A stretch of DNA of 64,000 bases from Bacilli bacterium (GTDB taxonomy: Bacteria > Bacillota_I > Bacilli_A > ML615J-28 > CAG-313), in contig JAZNQD010000009.1 in the NCBI GenBank assembly GCA_045589955.1, positions 184,876-248,875 on the forward strand, in the 5' to 3' direction. Position numbers and translations under genes: made by a program. Positions 1-10,072 of this stretch are shown here, in pieces; the first letter of the stretch is position 1; each line of letters starts with the position of its first letter. The notes under the pieces were generated by a model. That model worked only from the letters and a program-made list of their open reading frames with translations. It searched no databases and was not told the origin of the DNA.

Positions 1-1313
1 ATGCTCAACAGGTTTGAAAGGTTAATATTTTCTAATACACGGTAATTCTGTCCAACTTCTGCTTTAGCTTGACTATATATTGTTGTTGGATAGTAATAGA
101 ATAAACCTTCGTCTTCATGGTATATGGATTCAATACCGATTTTTACTAATCTATCATCACTTATACCGGCATCTGTGGACTCTTGAATTTCAATTGTAAC
201 TTCTGGATAAGCACTTAAATCTTCAACACCATATGCTGGTTCAAAAGTTACATCTGATACATAACCTACTGCATCTACAGCTAAAATATTTACAGATAAT
301 CTAGATAAACCAGAAGTTGTTAAACCTGTCCAATATGTTTTATTTAATGCAAAACCACGACCAGATTTTACTACGCCGTTTGTATCATCTTTTGGCGCTC
401 TATATCTATATCTATTTTCACCGTTTGAGTAAAGAGGATACCAAGTGTCAGCGTTAGTAAAGTCATTTAATAAGAAACCTCTTTCGTCAATTTCTGTTCT
501 TACATAGTCTGATACTGCACCAGTTGTAGGATAATGATCAGGTTCAATCTTATCTCTATCTTGATCGATTATAAAATCTTTGTTAGTTGTTTGTTCGAGG
601 AATAATTGATTACCTGTATCAAATAAACTTTGTTGCCAAATTTCTGCTGTAATATTACTGAAATCACGGGCAGCTAAAACTGGACCGGTTACTGTTTCTG
701 GACGATCTTCTGGTAAGGCAACTAAATTAGAAGTATCTATATTGTCTAAGCTTGCATAGGCTAATGGCCAATCACCTTCTTCTTTACCATAGTGTAAATT
801 TGGATCAACTAAATCAGCGGTATTCATATTAGAAGTATCGGCATACGCTAAGTTACCATTATCTCCACGACCACGACCAGTTGCTAAAGTACTAGTAAGC
901 ACATTGCTCATATCTGCTAGGGCTAATTTACTAACTTCTTCTTCTAGTAAATCAACATTAACCATACCATATGCGCTTAAGGTATTAACTATATCACTTC
1001 TTGCTTCAGCGTCATCAGTTTCTTCTATATTTGATAAGTCTGCATAAGCTAAATTTTTATCATCTACGGTATTACGATTTTCAGCTAAAACTTTTGTAGT
1101 AATATTTCGCATGTCTGCACGACACATCGGAATACCACCCATGGTTACGCCATTATGTAGACGTAATGTTACATTTCCATCGATACCTAATGTACCAGCT
1201 TCTTCATAGCCTAAATCTGCAACTAATTCTCCAAGTACACCAGTAAAGTTTAAGTTTGCTGTTGTATCACCTTTTCTTAATGCGACCGCTGTTGTTTCAA
1301 TATAAGATGCCAT
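1..1313 (-). CDS. Tail fibre protein, partial (runs off left edge); Mtd_N-like N-terminus
   Basis: Not in ORF track. Hand-translated from ATG at 1313, and no stop was found in the stretches checked down to the edge. N-terminus ALRKGDTTANLNFTGVLGELVAD...LRLHNGVTMGGIPM resembles the major-tropism-determinant N-terminal module. Five LAxADxSN-type repeats follow. Confidence 0.7.
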   Translation of the reverse strand, partial: MASYIETTAVALRKGDTTANLNFTGVLGELVADLGYEEAGTLGIDGNVTLRLHNGVTMGGIPMCRADMRNITTKVLAENRNTVDDKNLAYADLSNIEETDDAEARSDIVNTLSAYGMVNVDLLEEEVSKLALADMSNVLTSTLATGRGRGDNGNLAYADTSNMNTADLVDPNLHYGKEEGDWPLAYASLDNIDTSNLVALPEDRPETVTGPVLAARDFSNITAEIWQQSLFDTGNQLFLEQTTNKDFIIDQDRDKIEPDHYPTTGAVSDYVRTEIDERGFLLNDFTNADTWYPLYSNGENRYRYRAPKDDTNGVVKSGRGFALNKTYWTGLTTSGLSRLSVNILAVDAVGYVSDVTFEPAYGVEDLSAYPEVTIEIQESTDAGISDDRLVKIGIESIYHEDEGLFYYYPTTIYSQAKAEVGQNYRVLENINLSNLLS

Positions 1314-1327
1314 AGTATTGTTATTCC

Positions 1328-3613
1328 TTAAAAGTCAATTCTTACTGAGCATTCAACTAATTTATTTGCACTCGGATGTTTATCGATAATTTTACCTAAA
1401 CATTTTCCATATTCAACGGTAGAAGCACATCCTTTTTTAACTTTAGATAAATAAATCTTATCACCAAATCTCGGCATACAGTTACCGTCCATTAATACTG
1501 GAACACGTCCAACCAATGCAACAGGCAAATGTAAATCTGATTTTTTTTCGCCCAATTGATAACCAGGTGCTGTTGATATAATACCATTACATTCAGTTGT
1601 GGCGATAGCAATTTCTTTTTCACCTTTACCGATTGTAATTAATGTACCTGGCTCATAAAATTGGTCTGCTTCATAAAATTCTGCCAAGTCAGCCCACCAT
1701 GCTCTAAACGCTGTACCATAGAAAGATATATTCGCATCATTTACATATGGATTCGCAGTAGTACTATCATATGGAGCTTTTGCACCTTTACCTAATACTG
1801 TTTTGTCAAAACGAACATATGATTCAACATTAATTGGATTAGCTAAACTACTACCTGTTTGGTTTTTATTTGTAGGTAAAGATGTTTGTAAATAGTTATC
1901 TTTTAATGTTTTTGGTGTAATTGCAGTTTGTTCACTAGAATTTATATTAGTTAAAACTTCTTTTACTTCGAAGTCTGTTGCGTATCTAGTTGTACCATAT
2001 GTAACATTACTTGCTTCGTTACGTAAGTCTAAGGCTAATCTAATTGAATTTGTACCTGTACACCAACCTAAAAATGAATCAGTTTGTGTTAATGTAATTT
2101 TACCTGCGTTTGCTGCAGAATCACAATAAATTGGTTGGTTTAACCATTCAGCAGGGAAATTCCATTGGAAAGAAGTTTGTTGTATTGCATTTACAATAAA
2201 ACGTGCCCCTGAACCATATCTAGGTAATTGTGAACGAGGATCATATACACCTGGTAAAATAATCGTATTACCTTCGATAGCAATACTACCGACACTTGGA
2301 CCAACGAAAGCAAAACTTTGAATTGTACCTAATTCATTTACACCTGTTACTTGAATTTTAAAGTTTAAACCATCAGATGCTAAGATTAATATTTCATCAT
2401 AAACAGCATAATCTACACCGCCAGTTGCTAATTCAAGAGTATATTGATATGAAGGAGCTTTATTTGTAATTTCACCTGAAAATACGATACTGTTTCCTAC
2501 TCTAATACCGATTGGCATTTTAGCATTATGACCTTTTGCATCATATGCCGTACTACCTTCTGCTAATTCATACAATAATGTTTGAGGATTCCAGTAGATG
2601 AAAGCATAGTTACCGACATTAGAAGCAAATTGAGATGCATCAGCTAAAATAAAGTTATCTGATGGTTGGAAAAATGCCCAATCAGGATCGTAAATATTCT
2701 CAGAGGTTAATGTTCTTGGAACCGCCAAAGCTGGAATACCTGTACCATACAAGCTATCTACTACATAACAGTTATATGGACGTTTTTTAGGGTCACTTGG
2801 ATAAACTAAAAGTGATTCATTCGGTACTTCTGGAATACTTGATACGTCTTCGTTTACTACATCGATATTAGATACAACACCTAAGTTACTTAAAATTGTA
2901 TTGAAGTATAATTTAATACTGTTACCGACACGGCTTACAGATGTTGCATATTTAGTAATAACATTTGGTAAAGTGGCTACACCGAAAAGAATATCTGATG
3001 TATTGTTATTTGGATCTTTAACGTATAAACCAATAGCACCAATATTCCATTTCTCTTTACCATCATCAGCGATTGCACCTAAACCTTCAGGAGGTAATGT
3101 AACGATATATTGTAAACCACCAGAAGCTGTATTAAAGCGCCATTTTAAAATTTGATTAATATATGGATTTCCGTCACTATCTACAGTCCAACGAGCGCCA
3201 CGCGTACCAGCAGAAAATACTACTTCACCTGCTTGTAAAAAGTCATTATCTGACCAGTTTATAATTGGAGTTGCAGGATCAGATACGATTTGGTTAATGA
3301 TTTTAATACCACTGAAATATAATTTAATACCGCCACGTGTAACATCTGATAATGCAGCCAAACCAGCAGTTGTAATTATTAAGCTATAGTTTGGATCTGG
3401 TTCAATAACTTTCCAGTTAACACCATTAAATTGTTCAAGTTCCCAACCGTTTGCGTCACTTCCGATTGCACAGAATAAACCCGGTTTTAATCTACCGGTG
3501 TTTAATACAAAGAATTGGTCTCTACTAATCGGTTCACCTTCACCGTGTCTTCTAGAAAAGAACAACTCGGCTGCAATATCATATTGTACAAGTTGATTAC
3601 GAGATACTAACAT
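1328..3613 (-). CDS. Tail fibre/baseplate protein with tail-collar-like N-region and C-terminal peptidase G2/IMC-like autocleavage domain
   Basis: YSLIITTAGLAAL tail-collar-like motif; C-terminal ADLAEFYEAD..YEPGT...GIIST.PGY...VALVGRVPV motif. Confidence 0.65.
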   Translation of the reverse strand: MLVSRNQLVQYDIAAELFFSRRHGEGEPISRDQFFVLNTGRLKPGLFCAIGSDANGWELEQFNGVNWKVIEPDPNYSLIITTAGLAALSDVTRGGIKLYFSGIKIINQIVSDPATPIINWSDNDFLQAGEVVFSAGTRGARWTVDSDGNPYINQILKWRFNTASGGLQYIVTLPPEGLGAIADDGKEKWNIGAIGLYVKDPNNNTSDILFGVATLPNVITKYATSVSRVGNSIKLYFNTILSNLGVVSNIDVVNEDVSSIPEVPNESLLVYPSDPKKRPYNCYVVDSLYGTGIPALAVPRTLTSENIYDPDWAFFQPSDNFILADASQFASNVGNYAFIYWNPQTLLYELAEGSTAYDAKGHNAKMPIGIRVGNSIVFSGEITNKAPSYQYTLELATGGVDYAVYDEILILASDGLNFKIQVTGVNELGTIQSFAFVGPSVGSIAIEGNTIILPGVYDPRSQLPRYGSGARFIVNAIQQTSFQWNFPAEWLNQPIYCDSAANAGKITLTQTDSFLGWCTGTNSIRLALDLRNEASNVTYGTTRYATDFEVKEVLTNINSSEQTAITPKTLKDNYLQTSLPTNKNQTGSSLANPINVESYVRFDKTVLGKGAKAPYDSTTANPYVNDANISFYGTAFRAWWADLAEFYEADQFYEPGTLITIGKGEKEIAIATTECNGIISTAPGYQLGEKKSDLHLPVALVGRVPVLMDGNCMPRFGDKIYLSKVKKGCASTVEYGKCLGKIIDKHPSANKLVECSVRIDF

Positions 3614-3628
3614 ATTTTAATAAAATCC

Positions 3629-5671
3629 TTACTCGGGAACTGGAATAAATGCTTTAATTGTTGGATTATTTGTAAATGCATATTCAATACTGTGATAGGT
3701 TGGGGTAGTCATAAGACCGAACGATGGTTTTTGTCCTTCTTCCCAAGCTTTATCTGCACCAAAGGTATATACATCAATAACATTATGTATATATAGAACT
3801 GTGGAAGCAATGTCATAAAATGTTTTTTTGAATTCGTTCATAAAGGTATCGTACTCTACTCCAGGTGGCACTTCTACAGCTACATTTACGTGGTTAGTCG
3901 GATACCAATTTGTAGGTCTATCCCATTCAAACCATTCTACCCATTCACCTTTAATTTCTTCATATACATAGCCATAATCATAGAAATCAGATGCTTTTTC
4001 AGTTTCTACTGAACCATAATCTACAGTTGGTAAGTTTGGTCCTACCATAGGTTTTACTAAGTATCTATTTGTACGAATTGGGTGCATTTCTAATACTGAT
4101 TCACCCTTTTCGTTTATTACCATTACAGGGCGTTCGTTTTTAACAACCGGTACAATATATGTTTGTTTACCAACTGTTACTGTACCTCTTGGCATATCTT
4201 CTAAAATGCCTTCACTACGAGGCATGTTCGTTAATGAATCGATTGCGTTTGCTAGTGTACCTACATCACCATAATCTTTTTTAGGAAAACGATATTCACG
4301 ATGATATTTTGCTCCTAATTCTTCGGCAGTTCTGAATGTTACATAACGCTGTACTGGATCTTTTGCTGAACTAGAATCTACAATTGGTGTAAAGAGCTGT
4401 TCAAGACTTATAATACGAGAATTTTTAGAAGTAACGTTATAGAAATTATATGATGTTTCTGTACCAACGATTTTATAGAAGTTTGTTAATTCTTCTAATA
4501 AAGCATGTTTTTCTTCTATGGTCATGTTACGAATATTTAATCGTATACCCATAAATTCAATAAGATTATTAATGTTTTGAGAGTCTACAAAATTAATACT
4601 TCTAATGTTTTTTAAACGCTGAATACTATCATAAGTTTCATTAAGTAAAACTTTTTGAAATACACCTAAAATTTCTGGAAATAATTTTTGGCTTAAATCG
4701 AATTGAGCTGCATATTTAGTAATTGATTTTACTTCTGGTACTACAAGATAATATTCATTGTTTTCAAAAGTACCTTCTCTTGAAAATGGAGATATTTCTA
4801 CACACTTTACATAATGTGTTTCGTAATCATCATCAATAATCATTATACAGCCGTCACCATTTTCTTCATGAATAAAGAAACCTGGACGAACATCATCGAT
4901 ACTAAGTCTAACGATATGTAAATTAAAACCAGCTATTACATCATATAAAACCGGTACTTTAATATTATAATTATCAACTGGACCATATGAAAAGTATCCT
5001 GGTTCTTCGGCAAATAAACAACAAGAAACATCATCTGGTAAACGATAATATTCTATGACGTCTATTCCGGGTCTAATATCAAAGTTAAATGTTAATCTTG
5101 GCTCAATATATGTCATTGTATCGTGAGGCATTAATTGGCCATTTTTGAAAAACATATATCTTTGTGGGTCATAGCCTTGTAAATCTATTGTACGATTCTT
5201 TTCATTCCAAAAATCGTTTTCATCTGCTCTTCCACAATAATATAACTCATCAGAAGTAAATATTATAATCTTAGTTGAAAATTTTGTAGCAGCGTGTGAA
5301 AAGATAGTAAGTGTATTATCGTCTGTTATTTCATATTCTTTAGGTAATAATTTATAGCCATCAACAAATACCATTATATTAGAGTTAATTAAATCTGTTA
5401 ATGTTTTACCCGAGCGGTCTTTACCTGATATTATAGTTTTACCTGTTACGATATTAGCGGTGTATTCATATGTGATTGAATTACTATTATATACATATAA
5501 ACACAAAGAATTATTTACTGGCTCTCGTACGGTAATAAAATTGTCTATAATAGAGTACATTGTTTTTGGTACCATTTGACCACCATTAAATAATAGAGTG
5601 GCCATTCCAACTTTTTGTATAGAGAGTTGGTCTTTTAAATAAATCTTATTAATATCGTTTGTATTTGTCAT
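3629..5671 (-). CDS. Baseplate wedge protein (gp7/gpI-like)
   Basis: Directly downstream of the gp6/J-like gene; FYKIVGTETSYNF resembles the Y..KGT motif of P2 gpI-type wedge proteins. Confidence 0.5.
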   Translation of the reverse strand: MTNTNDINKIYLKDQLSIQKVGMATLLFNGGQMVPKTMYSIIDNFITVREPVNNSLCLYVYNSNSITYEYTANIVTGKTIISGKDRSGKTLTDLINSNIMVFVDGYKLLPKEYEITDDNTLTIFSHAATKFSTKIIIFTSDELYYCGRADENDFWNEKNRTIDLQGYDPQRYMFFKNGQLMPHDTMTYIEPRLTFNFDIRPGIDVIEYYRLPDDVSCCLFAEEPGYFSYGPVDNYNIKVPVLYDVIAGFNLHIVRLSIDDVRPGFFIHEENGDGCIMIIDDDYETHYVKCVEISPFSREGTFENNEYYLVVPEVKSITKYAAQFDLSQKLFPEILGVFQKVLLNETYDSIQRLKNIRSINFVDSQNINNLIEFMGIRLNIRNMTIEEKHALLEELTNFYKIVGTETSYNFYNVTSKNSRIISLEQLFTPIVDSSSAKDPVQRYVTFRTAEELGAKYHREYRFPKKDYGDVGTLANAIDSLTNMPRSEGILEDMPRGTVTVGKQTYIVPVVKNERPVMVINEKGESVLEMHPIRTNRYLVKPMVGPNLPTVDYGSVETEKASDFYDYGYVYEEIKGEWVEWFEWDRPTNWYPTNHVNVAVEVPPGVEYDTFMNEFKKTFYDIASTVLYIHNVIDVYTFGADKAWEEGQKPSFGLMTTPTYHSIEYAFTNNPTIKAFIPVPE

Positions 5672-5676
5672 TATTC

Positions 5677-8600
5677 TTACTTAAAGTTTTGAATTACTTC
5701 GGTTATTTCTACACTAGATAATATTAATAGACCGTTTTTATTTACTTCAACGTTATCTAGTGGCGATAATACTCTACACCATTTTACATTTGGTGTATTC
5801 ATAACAGCAGTATAAATATCAGAAAGCTTTAAACCTTTACCAATATAATCTGGGGTTATTTCGAATAATTTTTGAACATTGTTTTTGATATTTTGTAAAA
5901 TTAAACCACTTGTCATAGTTGCAGTTTGTGATAATTCTGCTTCTATACGGATACTGACTTGTGTAATTTCAGGTTGTTTAAATTCTAAGAATGTTGTGAA
6001 GTGATTATAAGCATTAATAATTGGTTGATCTAAATTATTAATACTTTTTGTATCTATTCTGTTTCCAGTAAATGTAGCATCTACTTGTAAGTTATTTGTT
6101 GATGAAATAAAGATTGTACCACCTTTACCTGGATTTATACCGTTACCAGAAGTAGGTGTAGATATTAGGGTTATTTTTAAACCTGTACCTGTTGAACCTT
6201 CAGCGGGAACTAACAATGTTGTATCAAATTCACCTTCGTATTTTTCACCATAACTAATATCATTTAACCAAACAAGTTGTCTTACACTACCTGTTCCGCT
6301 TACTTCTGCTACTCTTAGTTTTAATTGGTTATTTGTTCCATTTACAACAACTATATCGTTTCTACGATAACCTTGACCACCTTTTTCATCATCAATTTGA
6401 CCACTTCCGTTTAAATCTAAAGAAGCTTTATATACAGGTGTTTCATCTAAAGAAGCAGGACCGTTTAAAGTAACGTATTCTGTACCTGATAATACACTAC
6501 TACCGTTCACTTTGAAATCAAATACACCATTGTCAATATTTACGATATCAACAGTAAATGGAATAACGGTATCATCTTTTCTAAATATGTATGCCAAAGT
6601 ATTTCCATCTCTATATCCATTTGCAGCTGTTACACCTTCCAATTGAATATTATAGCCATACATTGGATAGATGTTTGTGTTTAATAAATCTTCTGTTAAA
6701 TAACCTTCTTCTGTACCCCCTGGACCAGGACTACCAGCAACAGGAAAACGAATTTCAAAAATACCGTTTCTGTCGTAATATAATACAGAAGCATCATCTT
6801 CGTATAACATTTTGATTTTGTTAAAGGTTACAAAATGTTCGCCTACAGTATTATTATCATCAACTGAATAAAATTCGATTACATAATATTTATATCTATT
6901 ATATTCTGGTTGACCTGAAATATCAGCAGTGCCTTTAAAACAATTCGTTGGCATCCAATCTGACCAGTTTTCGTTTTCATTACCGTAAGGATTATTTATA
7001 AATGTTCTATCGATTACTCTATCCCAGTTTTCACTATTTCTTAAGTTATCAATACTTGGCATAGGATCAATATTTGTACCAAACATTGCTATTGTGCCTG
7101 GGAACGTACCTCTCTCTGGATTAGCAGCTTGGAATTTAATACCTGCGATTGCTTTGGCTTCATTGTATTTAATAATTATCTGTACAGGTTGTAATAGTGA
7201 TGGTTCCCACAGACTTTGATAATATAAGTTAGGGTCTTGGTCTGAACGAGCATTAATTAAAGGATGTGCTTGTGTAGGAGGCGGATTCATACCACGCTCA
7301 TCGTTTGTAAAGATAAGTGTAGAATTTTCTTGTTCGATAAATTCAAGATTTACAGTAAAGCCAGAACCTTGACCTGGGGTAGCATTATAAGCAGTAGCGA
7401 AAGGATTACCAGATTTTACAGACCAATCTTCAGTTGCTAAATACTTTTGAAGCATAGCAGATTTTACACCACCTACTTCATTTATTTCTAAGATGTTTAT
7501 GATTAATTCACTATTAGTATTTTTTACCAATAGAGTTTCATTTGCTTTGTAGCCAGAACCAGATGAAGCAATGTAGTTTTTAGGAAGTCTAGCTAAATAA
7601 CGTGTACCAATAGTATTTTTCCAATCTGGTAATAAACTATCACGTGGGTCTTTATTGTTATTATTAATAAAGAGTTGACCTCTAGCACCAGTGTCTTGTA
7701 CTAAGATTGAATTTTCTGTGTTAGTTAAGTTTTGAATACGGAATGAGAATGAACCCCAAAAACCACGTGTTGAATTAAGTAAGCCACCATAAACGTTTTT
7801 ATCGCTGATACTACCGATTGTAAAGTATGGATAAGTTTGAAATGATTTAATGCCGGTATAGTAAACCATATTCATCATTAAAGAATCATATGCACCTACT
7901 TTATCTGCTTCTTCGTATTCACCCCATACTGCAGTTGTTAAATAACCGCATTTATTTTGTAACATTGCTTCATAGTCTTGTCGTCTAATTGCTCTATCAC
8001 CAGAAGCGAATACGGCTGGAGAAGTATATTGTAAAGTTTCAAGGGTTTGTTTAGAAAATCCACCGTAAGCCGTAGTAGTTGTTGTTACTGTTACATTTAA
8101 ATTATCAACGTTACCAGTAGTATCCATGAAAGATAAGATAGTCAATAATGAACCTACTTTACCAGATTCTGCGATATTTCCTTCTTCACCTTCGTTAGCC
8201 GCATATTGAATTTGAATGTTACTACCAGATAATGGCAAGTTACCTAATTGATTGTTACCAACTTTGATATAAGATCTACCATCTGGGTCTGTATGTAATA
8301 AACAAACATTCATTTGGCTTGCGTCATATACAGAGTTTTTGTCATAAGCTAAAAATGAATTTGAAACAATCCATTCTTCACCGTTTACTTTAACTGTTAC
8401 ATAATTATGATTACATTTAAAATCTGTACTGAAATAAAATTTTTCATTTTCAATACCTGATGATACTTTATTTACAGTACGTATTTCACCTTGAACTAAT
8501 ACAATTTCAGTAACTGTTTCTACGTTAGCTGGACAAATAATTGCGGTAGGATTGAAGAATTTTTTACCATCAATAATAAATTGTGTATGAGCAGGGATTG

Positions 8601-8919
8601 TAAGAGTGATACCAATGAAATTATTTTTTGTAAGATTAACTAATACTTGTGAAGATACGTTACCGTGTAGTGTATTACCTAATGTATCAGCTAATTGATA
8701 TACACCAGCTTCTGAAAAAGCACTATCAGTATAACAGTTTGCCATAGCCGAAACTAAACAATATTGTAACATAGATCCATAAGCTGACATTACATTTACT
8801 AAAGAAGTAGCTGTATCAGATGGATACATTGCCTGGAAAGCTGTACTTTCAGCATTCCATTGTTCAGTAATAGCTTTGGCTAAAGTTTCAACATCATATA
8901 TAACGTTATCTAATTTCAT
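5677..8919 (-). CDS. Baseplate wedge subunit (T4 gp6/baseplate J-like) with internal accessory domains
   Basis: N-terminal gp6-like region, ETLQYTSPAVFASGDRAIRRQDYE motif, J-like C-terminus, large central insertion. Confidence 0.8.
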   Translation of the reverse strand: MKLDNVIYDVETLAKAITEQWNAESTAFQAMYPSDTATSLVNVMSAYGSMLQYCLVSAMANCYTDSAFSEAGVYQLADTLGNTLHGNVSSQVLVNLTKNNFIGITLTIPAHTQFIIDGKKFFNPTAIICPANVETVTEIVLVQGEIRTVNKVSSGIENEKFYFSTDFKCNHNYVTVKVNGEEWIVSNSFLAYDKNSVYDASQMNVCLLHTDPDGRSYIKVGNNQLGNLPLSGSNIQIQYAANEGEEGNIAESGKVGSLLTILSFMDTTGNVDNLNVTVTTTTTAYGGFSKQTLETLQYTSPAVFASGDRAIRRQDYEAMLQNKCGYLTTAVWGEYEEADKVGAYDSLMMNMVYYTGIKSFQTYPYFTIGSISDKNVYGGLLNSTRGFWGSFSFRIQNLTNTENSILVQDTGARGQLFINNNNKDPRDSLLPDWKNTIGTRYLARLPKNYIASSGSGYKANETLLVKNTNSELIINILEINEVGGVKSAMLQKYLATEDWSVKSGNPFATAYNATPGQGSGFTVNLEFIEQENSTLIFTNDERGMNPPPTQAHPLINARSDQDPNLYYQSLWEPSLLQPVQIIIKYNEAKAIAGIKFQAANPERGTFPGTIAMFGTNIDPMPSIDNLRNSENWDRVIDRTFINNPYGNENENWSDWMPTNCFKGTADISGQPEYNRYKYYVIEFYSVDDNNTVGEHFVTFNKIKMLYEDDASVLYYDRNGIFEIRFPVAGSPGPGGTEEGYLTEDLLNTNIYPMYGYNIQLEGVTAANGYRDGNTLAYIFRKDDTVIPFTVDIVNIDNGVFDFKVNGSSVLSGTEYVTLNGPASLDETPVYKASLDLNGSGQIDDEKGGQGYRRNDIVVVNGTNNQLKLRVAEVSGTGSVRQLVWLNDISYGEKYEGEFDTTLLVPAEGSTGTGLKITLISTPTSGNGINPGKGGTIFISSTNNLQVDATFTGNRIDTKSINNLDQPIINAYNHFTTFLEFKQPEITQVSIRIEAELSQTATMTSGLILQNIKNNVQKLFEITPDYIGKGLKLSDIYTAVMNTPNVKWCRVLSPLDNVEVNKNGLLILSSVEITEVIQNFK

Positions 8920-8927
8920 GGTAATTT

Positions 8928-9302
8928 TTACTCATTTGTAATAGTAGATTGAACAGTACTTGTTGTTCCACCTAAAGAAGGTACAGAAAACGAACAAGTA
9001 ACTAGGTATTGATTATTATTTTTCTTTTCGATAACAATATCAGAAGGGTTTAAACTTACTCTTGGTTCCCAGTCTGTAATATCCATATATAAAAACATCT
9101 TAACATCTGCTGGGTCTAAGTTATTTTCAAACAAAAGAGTTTTTAAAATTGTACCATATTGTCTGTTAAAAGGTACATCACCTTTTCCTGTAGTAAAAAG
9201 GCGTTCTAGATTCTTTTTAATCGCATTTAAATCATATAACACACTATCATTTTCTGCTGGAGAAGCTCTAAAAGATGTGTCTAAATCTCTATATTTAACC
9301 AT
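8928..9302 (-). CDS. Baseplate wedge gp25/gpW-like protein
   Basis: AIKKNLERLFTTGKGDVPFNRQYGTILKTLLFE...WEPRV is a GPW_gp25 pattern. Confidence 0.85.
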   Translation of the reverse strand: MVKYRDLDTSFRASPAENDSVLYDLNAIKKNLERLFTTGKGDVPFNRQYGTILKTLLFENNLDPADVKMFLYMDITDWEPRVSLNPSDIVIEKKNNNQYLVTCSFSVPSLGGTTSTVQSTITNE

Positions 9303-9347
9303 ATAAAAACAATATTATGAAAGGAAAACTAATATTTACTTTTTTAT

Positions 9348-9353
9348 TAGAAC
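9348..9353 (-). promoter_or_regulatory. GTTCTA box upstream of the gp25-like gene (putative phage late promoter)
   Basis: One of 11 intergenic, gene-facing copies. Confidence 0.5.
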
Positions 9354-9391
9354 TTATTATCATAAATACTAAAGGAAAATATTGAATTATA

Positions 9392-10072
9392 TTAACCTTC
9401 ACCAGGTGCGGTTGGAGTAGGACCGCCAGGACCAGGACTATATTTGTGAGTATGTGTACTTAAGTTTACACTTCCACCTTTAGCAGATACTTCGGCTTGA
9501 GATACAATGTTTCCTGTAACATTTAACTTACCTGTAATGGCCGTATCACCTTTAATATTAACGTTAGTAGCTGTAATATTAGCAGTTTGGCATTCAATAT
9601 TTACAGTGCTAGCTACTTTAATGGTCATATTTTGAATTTTATCTATATTTACATCGCCTAAAAAGAGCATTTGGAATAATTTTTTGACTTTATCTATACC
9701 AATGAATTGACCGTCTGCTCGATATATGCCATATGTATTCAAATAATCTTCTGTAATAGGTGTCTGAGGGGTTTTTTTGTATAAACAGCCTAAATATAAT
9801 AAAGAATTAATATTGTTACCCACAGCCAAAATAAGTACCTTAGAACCAATCTCAGGAATTTTATGATCAAGGTCTCCGGTATCACTCATTCCCATGAAAG
9901 CTGTATCTACTCGTGCTGCCCATGGTAGTTGTTCGGTTGTAATAGTTGTAGGGTGTAATTTTTCAATACGAACTTTTACTCTATAATTAAAAGTAGGGTC
10001 ATTATTATCTTCAACGGTACCAATGAAGAATGGATTAAAAAATTCCTTATCTACTTTTATATTAGCTCTCAT
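9392..10072 (-). CDS. Baseplate spike (gp5 OB-fold/gpV-like)
   Basis: GTVEDNNDP...RVKVRI..LH, IPEIGSKV, and C-terminal NLSTHTH (HxH metal tip). Confidence 0.85.
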   Translation of the reverse strand: MRANIKVDKEFFNPFFIGTVEDNNDPTFNYRVKVRIEKLHPTTITTEQLPWAARVDTAFMGMSDTGDLDHKIPEIGSKVLILAVGNNINSLLYLGCLYKKTPQTPITEDYLNTYGIYRADGQFIGIDKVKKLFQMLFLGDVNIDKIQNMTIKVASTVNIECQTANITATNVNIKGDTAITGKLNVTGNIVSQAEVSAKGGSVNLSTHTHKYSPGPGGPTPTAPGEG

